From assembly GCA_016179765.1 (NCBI GenBank), contig JACPCL010000031.1:64341-128340 (forward strand): a DNA stretch of 64,000 nt, read 5' to 3'. Made by a program: the position numbers and the translations under genes. Below, one piece after another: positions 19,157 through 31,962 of the stretch. The stretch is from Chloroflexota bacterium. Its GTDB lineage: Bacteria > Chloroflexota > Dehalococcoidia > Lucifugimonadales > JACPCL1. The notes beneath the pieces were generated by a model that was not told where the DNA came from, did not search any database, and saw only the letters and a program-made list of their open reading frames with translations. The stretch's first letter is position 1. Every line of letters begins with the position of its first letter.

Positions 19157-20797
19157 GTGATTTTCAGGAACCCTTCTCTCCCACTCTCCCTTCTTGCCTC
19201 GCTCTTTCTCATCCTCGCGGCGGTTTCCTGCGGTTTGCGAGGCGCTCAGCCGACTCCATCGCCCAGCGGGACTGGCGTCGTCCCGTCATCTCCTACCCCC
19301 AAGGGAAGGGTCGCCCTGGGCTTTGCCTCCGTGAGCATTGAAGAGAAGGCCCAGGGCCGGCTTACCCGCCTGGATATCGTCCCCCGCCATCCCATCGTGG
19401 CCTCCGGAGACGTTACCGTCTTCTCCGTCCTGGCGTATGACGAAGCCGGCAGACCCGTTCCTTCCAATGAGCTAGGGGTACGCTGGCGCGCCACCGATCC
19501 GCAGGTTGGTTCTATCACCTCCGCCGGCATCTTCCGCGCAGGCGCTCAACGCGGCGTCTTTGACAAGTCCATCCAGGTGACCGTCACCCAGACCCTGAAC
19601 GGCAGGGCCGTAACCTTGGAGGAGCTGGCTACCGTCTCGGTGATTCGCCCCCTTTCTGAAAACGACATCAGTCGCGTGGTGGTGCTGCCAGGGGGCGTCC
19701 AGATGGAGCCGAACAGCCAGATGCTCTTTACCCCCCTGGCGGTGGACCGGTCGGGCGTCCCCACGCCGGGAGTGGACTATACCTGGGAGATGCTTGAGCC
19801 GGCTGCGGGGACGATAACCCCCGATGGCCGCTTCACCAGCGGCAGAGGGGATGGGGATTTTCCCACGGCCATCCGCGTGGTGGCCCAGAAGCGCATTGAT
19901 CCCTCCCAGACCGCTTCAGCCATCATCCCCGTGTCCATACGGACCATTGGCGATGCGCTGCCCCCCTCCAAGGTCAACCTGTATCCCCAAGGCATCAGCG
20001 TGCGCGTAGGGGACGTGATTGACTTCCGGGCCATAACGCTAGACCCACGGGGAAACCTGGTGGAAGGCCTGCGCACAGAGTGGCAACTCCGCGACCTGCT
20101 GGCCGGGGAGCTAGACTCCTCTGGCCGGTTCACGGCGGGTTCCACACCAGGGACGTATCCAAGCGTGGTAGAGGTTACCGTTACATCACAGGGCCCAGGG
20201 GGCATCGCCCCCTTGCGGGCCGTGGCCACCATCACGGTGTTGCCGCCCCGGGCCCAGCAGCTCTTGCAGAGCCTCATCCTGTCGCCTCAGGTCGTGCGGC
20301 TGCGTCCGGGGGAATCCCGGCGACTTGCGGCCACCGCCCTTACCGACTTGGGGCAGGTCGTCACCTCCGCCCAGGCGGTTTGGTCAGCAGACCCCCGGGT
20401 GGTGCAGGTGACTCAGGAGGGCCTGGTAACCGCGCTGGATGCCCCTGGGAGCTACGCCGACGCCGTGACGGTGCAGGTAACCTCGGGCGAAGGAGCGCAG
20501 CAGGTCACCGAATCGGCCACCGCCACCGTTATCATCCTTGGCCCCCTGGACCGCGTCGTGGTCGTACCCCAGGAGGTGACGGTCAATCCCAAGCAGGTGG
20601 TGCAGTTCACCTTCATCGCTTACGACACCAATGGCCTTCGTTTGTTTGACGTCCTGGCCACGTGGGAGGCGCTAGACCCTCAGGTGGGCGTCATAGACAA
20701 CCTGGGCTTTTTTGTAGCTGGCGCCAAGCCCGGCCAGTACAAGGACGTGATCAGGGTAACCATCAGGCTCCTGAGGTCTGACCAGGGAGGCGGCTGA
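19157..20797 (+). CDS. Secreted lipoprotein with Ig-like (Big_2-type) repeats
   Basis: Signal peptide with a lipobox-like AAVSC, followed by repeated ~90-aa beta-rich units. The GTG at 19157 is preferred (the ORF track begins at 19124). Confidence 0.6.
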   Translation: MIFRNPSLPLSLLASLFLILAAVSCGLRGAQPTPSPSGTGVVPSSPTPKGRVALGFASVSIEEKAQGRLTRLDIVPRHPIVASGDVTVFSVLAYDEAGRPVPSNELGVRWRATDPQVGSITSAGIFRAGAQRGVFDKSIQVTVTQTLNGRAVTLEELATVSVIRPLSENDISRVVVLPGGVQMEPNSQMLFTPLAVDRSGVPTPGVDYTWEMLEPAAGTITPDGRFTSGRGDGDFPTAIRVVAQKRIDPSQTASAIIPVSIRTIGDALPPSKVNLYPQGISVRVGDVIDFRAITLDPRGNLVEGLRTEWQLRDLLAGELDSSGRFTAGSTPGTYPSVVEVTVTSQGPGGIAPLRAVATITVLPPRAQQLLQSLILSPQVVRLRPGESRRLAATALTDLGQVVTSAQAVWSADPRVVQVTQEGLVTALDAPGSYADAVTVQVTSGEGAQQVTESATATVIILGPLDRVVVVPQEVTVNPKQVVQFTFIAYDTNGLRLFDVLATWEALDPQVGVIDNLGFFVAGAKPGQYKDVIRVTIRLLRSDQGGG

Positions 20798-23700
20798 TGG
20801 GTCTCCTCACCAACCGCCAGGATGCGCCATCTCCTGGTGATGAACCTGCCTTCCCATCCGCGCGACGACTGTTAGGGGTCTGGCTGTGGCGCTGCGCCAG
20901 TCTGGCCTTGTTGCTCCTCTGGGCCGTCTTTATCTTCCGCCTCTCCTCCCTCTCTCCGGAGGAGCTGCCGGATGAAGTAGACCTCTTCTCCTGGCTTGGC
21001 AAACTGCGGGACGTGCTCTTCCACTTTGTCCTGTACGGCGTCTTGGGCGCGCTGCTCACCTCCCTAGCGTGGAGCTGGAAGGGGAGGGCAGCCTTGGGCT
21101 GGCCCTGGCTCCTTCTGGGGACGGCCCTGGGCCTTGCCTACGGGGTCTCCGATGAGGTACACCAGTCCCTCACGCCCGGGCGTTCTGCGACACTGCTGGA
21201 CGTGGTGGTAGACGGCGCTGGCGTGGCCACGGCCATCGCCTTTTGGAGTGCCGTGGCCGCCTGGTCGCTGCCGAGGCTGGCAGGCCGGTGGCTGTTCCTG
21301 TCCTTGCTGGCGTCACTGGTTTTTGCAGCTTTGGCTCCGGCCATGGCCAGCGCCCAGGAGCCGGTCCAACCACAGGTGCTCAGCCTGACCCTTGGCGCCC
21401 TGGCGGCAAGTCCTGGCGAGCCGGTGCGTGTGGAGGCCAGGGTGCGCAACCCGTCCAACAAAGGGGAGGAGTTTACCTTGCTCCTGTTTGTGGATGATGC
21501 CCCCCAAGAGTCCAGGGTGGTCCGTCTGCCGCCTGGAGCAATCCGTACCGTGCGCTTTACCGTGGTGCGCGCCCAGCCGGGCACCCACGTGGTCCGGCTT
21601 GGCCCCCAGGCAGCCTCCTTTCAGGTGCTCTCGCTCAGCTTCCTCCTCCGGGAGCTGGTGGTCTCGCCCCTGGTGGTGGGCCCGGGCGATCTGGTAACGG
21701 TCCGGGCTACCGTGGAGAACACCGGACCCGCCCCCGTGGTGTACCAGGCGCCTCTCTTCATCAATAACGTCCTGGTGGACGTGCGGACGGACCTCTTGCC
21801 ACTAGGCAGCAAAGCGGTCGTGACCTTCCAGGTGGCAAAGCCGGAGCCTGGCGTCTATTCCGTCCTTCTTGGCAATCTGACTGGCCTCCTCATCGTCGCC
21901 GCCCGGGACCTGGATGTGGTGATTCCCTCCTCCTTGGGCATCAACCCTTCCATTGCCACCGCCCACGCCCTCGGTGGCCGTGCGCTGGAGATAACAGGAA
22001 ACACCGTGGCGCTGGTCTCGGCCCCCTCCACCCTGGTGGCAACCCTCCCCGTGCGCCTTGAGCCGGGGCAGAGCCTGGGTTCCTTTCAGGACCTGGCCGC
22101 TGGCATAGTCTATGAGGCGAGCCGGTTGACCATACCCCTGAAGGATGACCTGAACCGGGTAGCCGCCCGCATGGTCCTTACCCCTTCCACCCTCACCGGG
22201 GAAGCAGCGCAGGCGCGCCTTACTGGGGCCTTGTCCCTAGAAATACCCGACACCCTCCTGCACCTGCCAGCGTCCGTCACTCCCGCAGCGCCCATCTCCT
22301 TCAGCATGAGCACACCCCTGAGCAGCCTGACGCTGGGCACCCCCCTGCGGCTTACTCCCGGCCTGGAGCCCAGGGCTGCGCTGCTTGCGCCACTGGAAGA
22401 GGCGGCCCAGAAGAGCGGCAAGACCCTGGAAAGCGTGGTGGCTTCGGTCACGCCGGATATTCCCGGCGCCCTTACGAGCGAAGCCCCCTCTGCCGTCCAG
22501 GTTTCCTTCACCGTGCCCCAGACCTGGCTGACCAGCCTTCCTCAGGGGGTTTTGCGCATCGCCCGCGTCTCACCAGAGGGCCTGGTGGAACTACAGCCAC
22601 CTGTGCCTTCGCCACCCCAGTTTGGGCGCGTGGACCTGAAGTCCGCTTTCCCCTCGCCCCACGGCGCTTTCCTCCTTGTCACGCTGCGAGACGCTGCCCC
22701 TGCCCAGGTGACCGGGCTTCTCCTTTCCGCTCCCTTTGCGTCCGTAGGAAGTGCAGTGGAAGCCCGCGCCGTGGTGCGCAACGCCCTCGGGCAGAGCGTG
22801 GGACTTGCCAACTTGACGCTCAAGGTCAACGGCCAGCCCTTTGCCTTAGCCCCGGTCGTCACCCAGCCCGACGGCTCCATGGCCGCCCTCTTCCACCTCT
22901 CACCTTCAGAAACGGGCGTCTACGCCCTCACCGTCGGCGGGGCCCAGGCGAAGCTTGAGGTGGGCCTGCGCGACGTGCTGGGCCACATCCAGGTAACAGA
23001 GATCAACGTCACGCCCAAGACCATGGTCCCCGGCCAGCCTGTGGAGGTTGCAGCCTCCCTGGTCAACGTTGGCGACAAGACCTTAGTGGGGGAGGTGTAT
23101 CTGGACATCAACGGCGCTCCCGTGGAAAAACGGGTTGTGCTCCTGGGGCCGGGCGCCACTTCAGAGGCGCTCTTTGTGGTGAGCCGCTTCAGGGAGGGAG
23201 AGTACGAGGTATCCCTCCTCTCACGGCGCGCCAGTTTCACCGTGGCCGCCGCGCCAAAGCCCCCTAATCTCCACGCCTCCGCTCTTGCCTTGGAGAACAC
23301 CTCCCTCAACCCAGGTGATGCGATACAGGCAACTTTCCTAGTATCTAACACTGGCGACCTGCCCGGCGTCTATACGGCCCGCGTCTTCGTAGGCGCCAAA
23401 GAGATGGAGCGCCAAGAGATTCCCCTGGATGGCCTCACTGAAATGCCTGTGACGGTAAGGTTCCCGCCCCCTGGCGAAGGTATTTTCACCCTGGAGGTGG
23501 AGGGGATGAGGCGCGAATTCGTCGTCGTCTCCCCTTTGCAGCGCGCCGACCTGGTCGTGGTGACACTGGAGATGGAGCCCGCCACGGTATCTGGGGGAGA
23601 GCCCGTGATCGCCAACGTGGTCATCCGCAACCGGGAGGCCAGGGTCATCACGAGCACCCTGTACGTCCTGGTCAACGCCAAGGCGGAGACCCAGTCGGAC

Positions 23701-24276
23701 CTGACGGCGCCTCCTCAACAGACGGTGCAGCGCATCTTCACGATCATCAAGCAAATCCCCGGCTACTACGAGGTGGAGATGCGCCTGGGAAGGGACCCGA
23801 AGTCTATTATCAGCATCTATCGGGGCCGGTTCCTGGTGACCCGCCCCCAGAGCCTCCCCTCCTGGGAGATTGCTCTGCTGGAGGTCTTGCCTCAACCGGC
23901 TGTGCCCTATGAGCCGGTGCAGGTCAGCTTCCTGCTGTCCAACCTGGGCCAACTGGCGGGCGAGCTGGAGGTCATCGCTGCTGTTGATGACCGAGTGGAA
24001 TGGCGAGAGGTGATAGGGCTGGGGCCACAGAGCACCCGCCCCGTGAGCCTTACCCTGCCCGGGCGCGCTCCGGGAACCTACACCCTGGACGTCAATGACA
24101 TAAGGGTGCGCTTCGTCGTGGGGTCTTCCCTCACGCCCGCTCCATCGTCCCAGCCATCGCCCGCGCCCAGGGGTGGCGCTCCCTTCGGAGGCGGCGTTGC
24201 AACGCTGGCGGCGCTGGCCCTTGTCGCGCTGGCCGCCGCGGGAATCGGCCTTTATCTCCTCCGCAGGCGGCGTTGA
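20797..24276 (+). CDS. VanZ-like membrane domain fused to multiple CARDB/Ig-like repeats and a C-terminal TM anchor
   Basis: FHFVLYGVLG...SDEVHQSLTPGRSATLLDVVVDG (VanZ). At least 7 units fit the pattern V.V.N.G....L.V.G......L.PG....V.F.....G.Y.V. The C-terminus ends ALVALAAAGIGLYLLRRRR. The start overlaps the upstream stop (TGATG). Confidence 0.7.
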   Translation: MGLLTNRQDAPSPGDEPAFPSARRLLGVWLWRCASLALLLLWAVFIFRLSSLSPEELPDEVDLFSWLGKLRDVLFHFVLYGVLGALLTSLAWSWKGRAALGWPWLLLGTALGLAYGVSDEVHQSLTPGRSATLLDVVVDGAGVATAIAFWSAVAAWSLPRLAGRWLFLSLLASLVFAALAPAMASAQEPVQPQVLSLTLGALAASPGEPVRVEARVRNPSNKGEEFTLLLFVDDAPQESRVVRLPPGAIRTVRFTVVRAQPGTHVVRLGPQAASFQVLSLSFLLRELVVSPLVVGPGDLVTVRATVENTGPAPVVYQAPLFINNVLVDVRTDLLPLGSKAVVTFQVAKPEPGVYSVLLGNLTGLLIVAARDLDVVIPSSLGINPSIATAHALGGRALEITGNTVALVSAPSTLVATLPVRLEPGQSLGSFQDLAAGIVYEASRLTIPLKDDLNRVAARMVLTPSTLTGEAAQARLTGALSLEIPDTLLHLPASVTPAAPISFSMSTPLSSLTLGTPLRLTPGLEPRAALLAPLEEAAQKSGKTLESVVASVTPDIPGALTSEAPSAVQVSFTVPQTWLTSLPQGVLRIARVSPEGLVELQPPVPSPPQFGRVDLKSAFPSPHGAFLLVTLRDAAPAQVTGLLLSAPFASVGSAVEARAVVRNALGQSVGLANLTLKVNGQPFALAPVVTQPDGSMAALFHLSPSETGVYALTVGGAQAKLEVGLRDVLGHIQVTEINVTPKTMVPGQPVEVAASLVNVGDKTLVGEVYLDINGAPVEKRVVLLGPGATSEALFVVSRFREGEYEVSLLSRRASFTVAAAPKPPNLHASALALENTSLNPGDAIQATFLVSNTGDLPGVYTARVFVGAKEMERQEIPLDGLTEMPVTVRFPPPGEGIFTLEVEGMRREFVVVSPLQRADLVVVTLEMEPATVSGGEPVIANVVIRNREARVITSTLYVLVNAKAETQSDLTAPPQQTVQRIFTIIKQIPGYYEVEMRLGRDPKSIISIYRGRFLVTRPQSLPSWEIALLEVLPQPAVPYEPVQVSFLLSNLGQLAGELEVIAAVDDRVEWREVIGLGPQSTRPVSLTLPGRAPGTYTLDVNDIRVRFVVGSSLTPAPSSQPSPAPRGGAPFGGGVATLAALALVALAAAGIGLYLLRRRR

Positions 24277-24289
24277 GTTTGACCATGCC

Positions 24290-24631
24290 GGGGGGCTGCG
24301 CCGCCGCCACGGGGAACTTTAGCAGGCTCTGACCTCACCCCCTTGTGTTCCCCCTCTCCTAAAGGGGGCTTTGCACCAAAAGTCAGGAAGGTGCAGTCCC
24401 GACATGTCGGGACTGCCGGGGTCTGGGGTGTCCCCAGATACAATTCTTCCCCCTTCCCTTCAGGGAAGGGGGCTAGGGGGTTAGGTCAAAAGGACTTTTG
24501 GAACAAGGCCCCTAAAGGGAGAGGGGGAAGATTAGTTCTGGGGGACACCTCCATCCGCCGCAGGCGGACTCAGGGCAGGCTCCGGGGCTTCGCCCCTCTG
24601 GACTCCCCTTTCTTCCGCAGCCTGCGAGGCC
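24290..24631. repeat. Mosaic palindromic repeat block
   Basis: M6 GTCCCGACATGTCGGGAC, M1 GTCTGGGGTGTCCCCAGATAC (24421-24441), M3 CCCTTCCCTTCAGGGAAGGGGG, M2, and end motif TTCTTCCGCAGCCTGC. Confidence 0.85.
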
Positions 24632-25309
24632 CTAGCTCACCGGGGCGGGCGCGGCCAGCAGCCCGTACAGCCCTGGCTGGAAGATGCGCGCCAGAAGGGT
24701 GTTGCGGCCAGGGTCATAGGCGGTCACCTGGGGCTCCCAGCGCCCACGCCCTTCATCATACCGGGCCACCAGCAGCCGGGCGGCATCGTTGCCCGAAGCA
24801 AACACCTCTTCCGGCTTGGGGCGCAGGGTCATGCGTACGGGTATCTTGAAGGCCAGGGCGCTTGGCGCGCCCTTGGTATCATACAGACGGAGGCGGAAGG
24901 CCCGCACCACCCGCTGACCAGATACGGGGCTGGGGGCTGCGAATGGTGACACCGGCTCGTAGGTAAGCTGGACGGTGCGCACCAAGGCCCCGGCGTCAAA
25001 CTCCAGGGTGATACGGTCCCCGGAGTCCGGCTCGCCGCTCATGACCCGCACCGCCGGGCGCGGCGGGTTGCGGGGCACCGGTCCGGCAAAAATCGGGTCT
25101 ACCTGCAAGGCAATGCCGCCGGGAGTGAGGGGAGACGCCACCGGAGTCACTTCGTTGGCAGGGATCACGTCCGGAAGGGTCCCCACCGGCCCTGGCGGAG
25201 GCGTAGGCCAGGGTGTAAGCTGGGCCAAGACCTGAGAACTCCTTCCCAGGAGAATGGCCACGGCCAGCGCAAGAACGAGCGCTGCTGCTGCGAGGGTGTA
25301 TGGGCGCAT
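24632..25309 (-). CDS. Secreted hypothetical protein
   Basis: MRPYTLAAAALVLALAVAILLG signal peptide. The ATG at 25309 is preferred over 25522. Confidence 0.55.
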   Translation of the reverse strand: MRPYTLAAAALVLALAVAILLGRSSQVLAQLTPWPTPPPGPVGTLPDVIPANEVTPVASPLTPGGIALQVDPIFAGPVPRNPPRPAVRVMSGEPDSGDRITLEFDAGALVRTVQLTYEPVSPFAAPSPVSGQRVVRAFRLRLYDTKGAPSALAFKIPVRMTLRPKPEEVFASGNDAARLLVARYDEGRGRWEPQVTAYDPGRNTLLARIFQPGLYGLLAAPAPVS

Positions 25310-25394
25310 AGGTGAGAGTTTGGGATACTCTTGTAGAATAAAGACTTGCGCCACAAGCGTGGGGCAGAGCACAGAGGAGTAAAGCTCCAACAAT

Positions 25395-27932
25395 ATGTTA
25401 CAGGATACCACACCCCCTGCAAACAACCCACCGCCGCCCCGCCTTCCCCTTCTCCTCCGCAGACGCGGCTTGTGGATGGGCATCGCCGTGGTGACGGCGG
25501 TCCTGGGCCTGGGCGTGGCCACCTTTGTGTGGAGCAGCCTTCGCTCCGTTGCCCAGGTACAGGAGGACGTTGCTGAGATGGCGGCGTCTCTCCAGGGCCG
25601 CAGCCTGGAGGAGCTTACCGCTCCCGATTCCTACGCTGCGCTCATCAATCGCATCCAGGAAATAGAGGCGCGCTTGGAGGAGCTGCGTCGCAGTGGGCAG
25701 GCGGCCCGGGTGTTGGGCTGGGTACCGGGGGCTGGCCCCAAAGCCAAGGAGGCCGCCGCCTTCCTGGAGATGTCCAGCCGCCTTGCCCATGGAGCGCGCC
25801 TGACCTTGCAGGGGTACACCCCGGCAGTCCAGGCGTTGAACGCCGGCGGACCAGGGCTGGACACGGACTCCCTTCGCCAGGCCCTGGCCTCGGCTGAGCC
25901 CCTCTTTGTAGAGGCCCAGGAAGACCTGGCCGCCGCCAAGCGGCTGCGAGCGCAGCTCCAGGCCCCCGAGCTCCTGGGCGAGCGCGGCCAGGCTTATGTG
26001 GCAATGATTGACCAGTACCTCCCCTTGCTGGAAGTGGCGGTGGTGGTGGCCCAGGACGCCCCCCATATGGTGGGAGACGCCCTTGCCCTTCGCCAGACCG
26101 TGGGCGAGCTGCGCGTCTCCTTCAGCGACCCCTCGGCCCTGCTATCCAGACCCCAGGAGACCGAGGCCCGCTTCCAGGAGGTGGAGGCGCGTGCCCGTAG
26201 CCTCCAGGCCAGCCTGGTAACGGTGAAAAGCAACGTGCAGGGAGGCGACGCCCGGGTAGACCAGGCCCTGGACGCCGCCCTTGGCCTGAGCGCCCTTCTG
26301 GCGGAGATGGGAGAAACCCTGGGACGCTTCTCCGCCCTTTCCGACCGCACCCTGGCACTGGGGCCCATGACTCCCGAGGCCGGCGCACTCCTGGGGCAGG
26401 AGCTTCCCGCCCTGCGGGAGCGCCTTCAGTTGGCCCAGTCCCAGCTTGAATCGGTCCAATCGGCCTTTTCCCAGCAGGGCAACGCCGCCAGTGCCATGCT
26501 CTCTCTGATGGGCGGCGCGCTGGGCAGCACCACCGCGCCGCTACAGCGGGAGGAGAGCCTGCTGGCTACCGGGACCCAGTCCCTGGACTTCCTCTTCTAT
26601 CTCCTCGGCTACGATGCGCCTCGCAAGTTTCTGCTCATTGGCCAGAACAGCGACGAAATTCGGGCCACGGGCGGCTTCCTGGGCGTGGTCGTGGAGATGG
26701 ACATTGACCGTGGCGAGCTCAAGGCTTTGCGCTACCAGGATAGCGACGGCGTAGACTCTCCCACCTATGAGACCAACCCCATCGCCCCGGAACCCATCTT
26801 CCGCTACCTGTGGATGTCCCGCTTCCTCTTCCGCGACGCCAACTGGAACCCCCACTTCCCTGCCTCCGCCACCCAGGTGGCAGACCTGTACCAGCGGGGC
26901 CAAGGGGTGGAGGTAGATGGCGTCATCGCCGCCACGGATGACCTGGTGCTAGACCTGGTGGCCGCCCTGGGCGGCATCCGCGTGCCGGAGCTGCCTGGCC
27001 TTCTGGACAGAGCAACGGCGGAACGGTACGTCAAAGGCATCCTGACATACCCCTGCCTGCCGCGCCACGCGTCTAAGCGCAACAAGCGCTGCTTTGACGA
27101 AGACCTCTTCCGAGCCGTCATCCAGCGCCTCTTCTCGCCTATGGACGCCCAGGTACGCCCCCAGATGGTCGGGGCCCTCCTGAGCGCCCTGGGGAGTAAG
27201 GACATCCTTGTCCACGTCTTTGACCAGCAGGCGGCGGAGCTGCTCTGGCAACACAACTGGAACGGCGCCCTGCAGCAGGTTGACCACGACTATCTGATGA
27301 TCGTGGACAGCTCCCTCCCTGGGCACGCCCGCTCGGTGGTAGAGCGGCGGGTGCAGTACCAGGTAACGTTAGACCCGCGACAGCCTATCCAGTCGCAATT
27401 GCTCATCTCGTACCAGCACAAGGGCACGGTGGCCGATCCCAACTGCCGGCAAGACCAGCCGAAGCCCACTGGCTGTTACTGGAACTACCTGCGGGTCTAC
27501 GTGCCCGTGCTGGCCGATGACATCCAGGTCCCCCCGGTGCCCCTTCCTGAAGGCTCCGATTGGCTCATCTGGGGGTACGAACCCGCCGACTCCCTCAGCA
27601 TCATCAGCTCTCCCCAAGGCGGCCTATCCGGGTTCACCGAGATAGGCGGCTATCTGCCCGCGGAGCCGGGCCAAAGCGTCACCCTGCCCATCAGCTACCG
27701 CCTGCCGGCATCGCGCCTGCGCGCCATCGGCAACGGCGTGTACGAGTACCGCCTGCTGATGCAAAAGCAGCCCGGCACGCCCGTAGAGCCGGTCAGCCTC
27801 TTTGTGCAACTGCCCCAGGGGGCGCGCCTGGTGAAGTCCCTGCCGGCGCCCTCGGCCCAGCAGGGCGACTGGGTGCGCATAGACGTGGACCTGACGGGGG
27901 ACGTCACCTTTGTGGTGGACTTTCAGGTGTAG
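25395..27932 (+). CDS. DUF4012-domain envelope protein
   Basis: N-terminal TM, a long coiled region, then LLIGQNSDEIRATGGFLGVVVEMDIDRGEL, typical of DUF4012. Confidence 0.65.
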   Translation: MLQDTTPPANNPPPPRLPLLLRRRGLWMGIAVVTAVLGLGVATFVWSSLRSVAQVQEDVAEMAASLQGRSLEELTAPDSYAALINRIQEIEARLEELRRSGQAARVLGWVPGAGPKAKEAAAFLEMSSRLAHGARLTLQGYTPAVQALNAGGPGLDTDSLRQALASAEPLFVEAQEDLAAAKRLRAQLQAPELLGERGQAYVAMIDQYLPLLEVAVVVAQDAPHMVGDALALRQTVGELRVSFSDPSALLSRPQETEARFQEVEARARSLQASLVTVKSNVQGGDARVDQALDAALGLSALLAEMGETLGRFSALSDRTLALGPMTPEAGALLGQELPALRERLQLAQSQLESVQSAFSQQGNAASAMLSLMGGALGSTTAPLQREESLLATGTQSLDFLFYLLGYDAPRKFLLIGQNSDEIRATGGFLGVVVEMDIDRGELKALRYQDSDGVDSPTYETNPIAPEPIFRYLWMSRFLFRDANWNPHFPASATQVADLYQRGQGVEVDGVIAATDDLVLDLVAALGGIRVPELPGLLDRATAERYVKGILTYPCLPRHASKRNKRCFDEDLFRAVIQRLFSPMDAQVRPQMVGALLSALGSKDILVHVFDQQAAELLWQHNWNGALQQVDHDYLMIVDSSLPGHARSVVERRVQYQVTLDPRQPIQSQLLISYQHKGTVADPNCRQDQPKPTGCYWNYLRVYVPVLADDIQVPPVPLPEGSDWLIWGYEPADSLSIISSPQGGLSGFTEIGGYLPAEPGQSVTLPISYRLPASRLRAIGNGVYEYRLLMQKQPGTPVEPVSLFVQLPQGARLVKSLPAPSAQQGDWVRIDVDLTGDVTFVVDFQV

Positions 27933-27960
27933 CGGCGTTTTACTTCCCTGGGGCAAAGAA

Positions 27961-27990
27961 AGCAGGGCGGGCCAAATGGCCCGCCCTGCT
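27961..27990. terminator. Hairpin between the DUF4012 gene and the tRNA
   Basis: AGCAGGGCGGGCC-AAAT-GGCCCGCCCTGCT. Confidence 0.5.
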
Positions 27991-28006
27991 GTTGAGCGGT
28001 AGATGA

Positions 28007-28081
28007 TGGTAGCGGGGGTTGGACTCGAACCAACGACCTTCGGGTTATGAGCCCGACGAGCTGCCACTGCTCCACCCCGCG
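28007..28081 (-). tRNA. Initiator tRNA-fMet (CAT anticodon, CCA encoded)
   Basis: CGCGGGGTGGAGCAGTGGCAGCTCGTCGGGCTCATAACCCGAAGGTCGTTGGTTCGAGTCCAACCCCCGCTACCA. Shows a 1:72 mismatch, A11:U24 and three G-C pairs closing the anticodon stem. Confidence 0.9.
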
Positions 28082-28262
28082 ATGGATTGACCTAACCCCC
28101 TGGCCCCCTTCCCTTCCAGGGAAGGGGGAAGAATTGTATCTGGGGGACACCCCCAGACCCCCAGCGGGAACTGACGTTCCCTGCACCCTCCTGACTTTTG
28201 AGGCGGCACTCATCAAGGGAGAGGGGATATTGGAGACAAGGGAGCGGGAGATAGTCAAGGTT
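28082..28262. repeat. Mosaic palindromic repeat block between 23S and the tRNA
   Basis: M3 CCCTTCCCTTCCAGGGAAGGGGG and M1 TATCTGGGGGACACCCCCAGACCC (28137-28160). Confidence 0.85.
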
Positions 28263-28280
28263 GTGTCAGGGACTTAATAT

Positions 28281-31200
<2,920 letters not shown>

Positions 31201-31242
31201 CATATTAAGGCCCGGACAGAACCTTGACTATTCCCACTATTC

Positions 31243-31257
31243 CCTTGTTAAGGTGCA
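31243..31257 (-). promoter_or_regulatory. boxA-like antitermination element in the 23S leader
   Basis: The minus strand reads TGCACCTTAACAAGG, compared with the E. coli boxA TGCTCTTTAACAA. Confidence 0.45.
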
Positions 31258-31292
31258 ACCCCAACCAACGTTGCGCGTCGGCTGGCAAACGT

Positions 31293-31328
31293 GAAGGCGG
31301 CAGCCAGACACCTCTGGCTGCCGCCTTC
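31293..31328 (-). other. Leader hairpin upstream of 23S
   Basis: GAAGGCGGCAGCCAGA-CACC-TCTGGCTGCCGCCTTC. Confidence 0.6.
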
Positions 31329-31400
31329 GGTTACTGGGCTTATGCTACCTTCTCAGGCTTTGGAGCTCCGCAAAACACACACTCCTACAAACCTTCGTTC

Positions 31401-31429
31401 ACTATATCAGCATGCCCATACCCCGTCAA
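31401..31429 (-). promoter_or_regulatory. Candidate 23S rRNA promoter
   Basis: The minus strand reads TTGACG-17 nt-TATAGT, about 200 nt upstream of the mature 23S 5' end. Confidence 0.6.
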
Positions 31430-31665
31430 GGGGAATGCGGGCCGGATTCTCCCTCCTTCTGCGCCCCGTTCAGTCCCCCAACTAGCAGGCTGCGGAAGAA
31501 AGGGGAGTCAAGAGGGCAAAGCCCTCTTGCGGGGGTCTGGGGGTGTCCCCCAGATACAAATCAATCCCTGGAGGGGGAAGCCCGAGAGGGGAACTCCTCT
31601 GGAGTTCCCTTGAAGGACAAATGGGGCTTCCTTGATGGAAAGGCAATACCTTGAACCCCCTTGAG
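31430..31665. repeat. Mosaic palindromic repeat block
   Basis: GCAGGCTGCGGAAGAA (31485-31500) and M1 GGGTCTGGGGGTGTCCCCCAGATAC (31533-31557). Confidence 0.85.
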
Positions 31666-31681
31666 GGGGGGCAGCAGCCTG

Positions 31682-31867
31682 CTAGGACGTGACCCTCTGG
31701 TAGGTACGCAGGCACCGGGTGCATACGGTCATCTGACGCATGCGGCCTGCTACCACCAGCTTGACTTTATGGACGTTTGCCAGGAAGCGCCGGGGGGTGG
31801 CGCGCTTGGAGTGGCTCACGTTGTGGCCGAACTGGCCGCTCTTGCTGCAAATCTGGCATGCCGCCAT
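31682..31867 (-). CDS. rpmB: 50S ribosomal protein L28
   Basis: MAACQICSKSGQFGHNVSHSKRATPRRFLANVHK. Confidence 0.95.
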   Translation of the reverse strand: MAACQICSKSGQFGHNVSHSKRATPRRFLANVHKVKLVVAGRMRQMTVCTRCLRTYQRVTS

Positions 31868-31962
31868 AGAAGCAACCCCTTTGACTGGCCCATCGCCTTT
31901 GAGTAGAATCGTCTCATTAACTTACCATAGGGCTTGGCAGGGAAGCAACTGGGACATCCTTT

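Noticed and set aside
28082-28280. 5S rRNA expected downstream of 23S.
   Set aside because: The interval is occupied by repeat modules M3 and M1. I could not recognise any 5S-like sequence by eye, but a covariance-model scan should confirm this.
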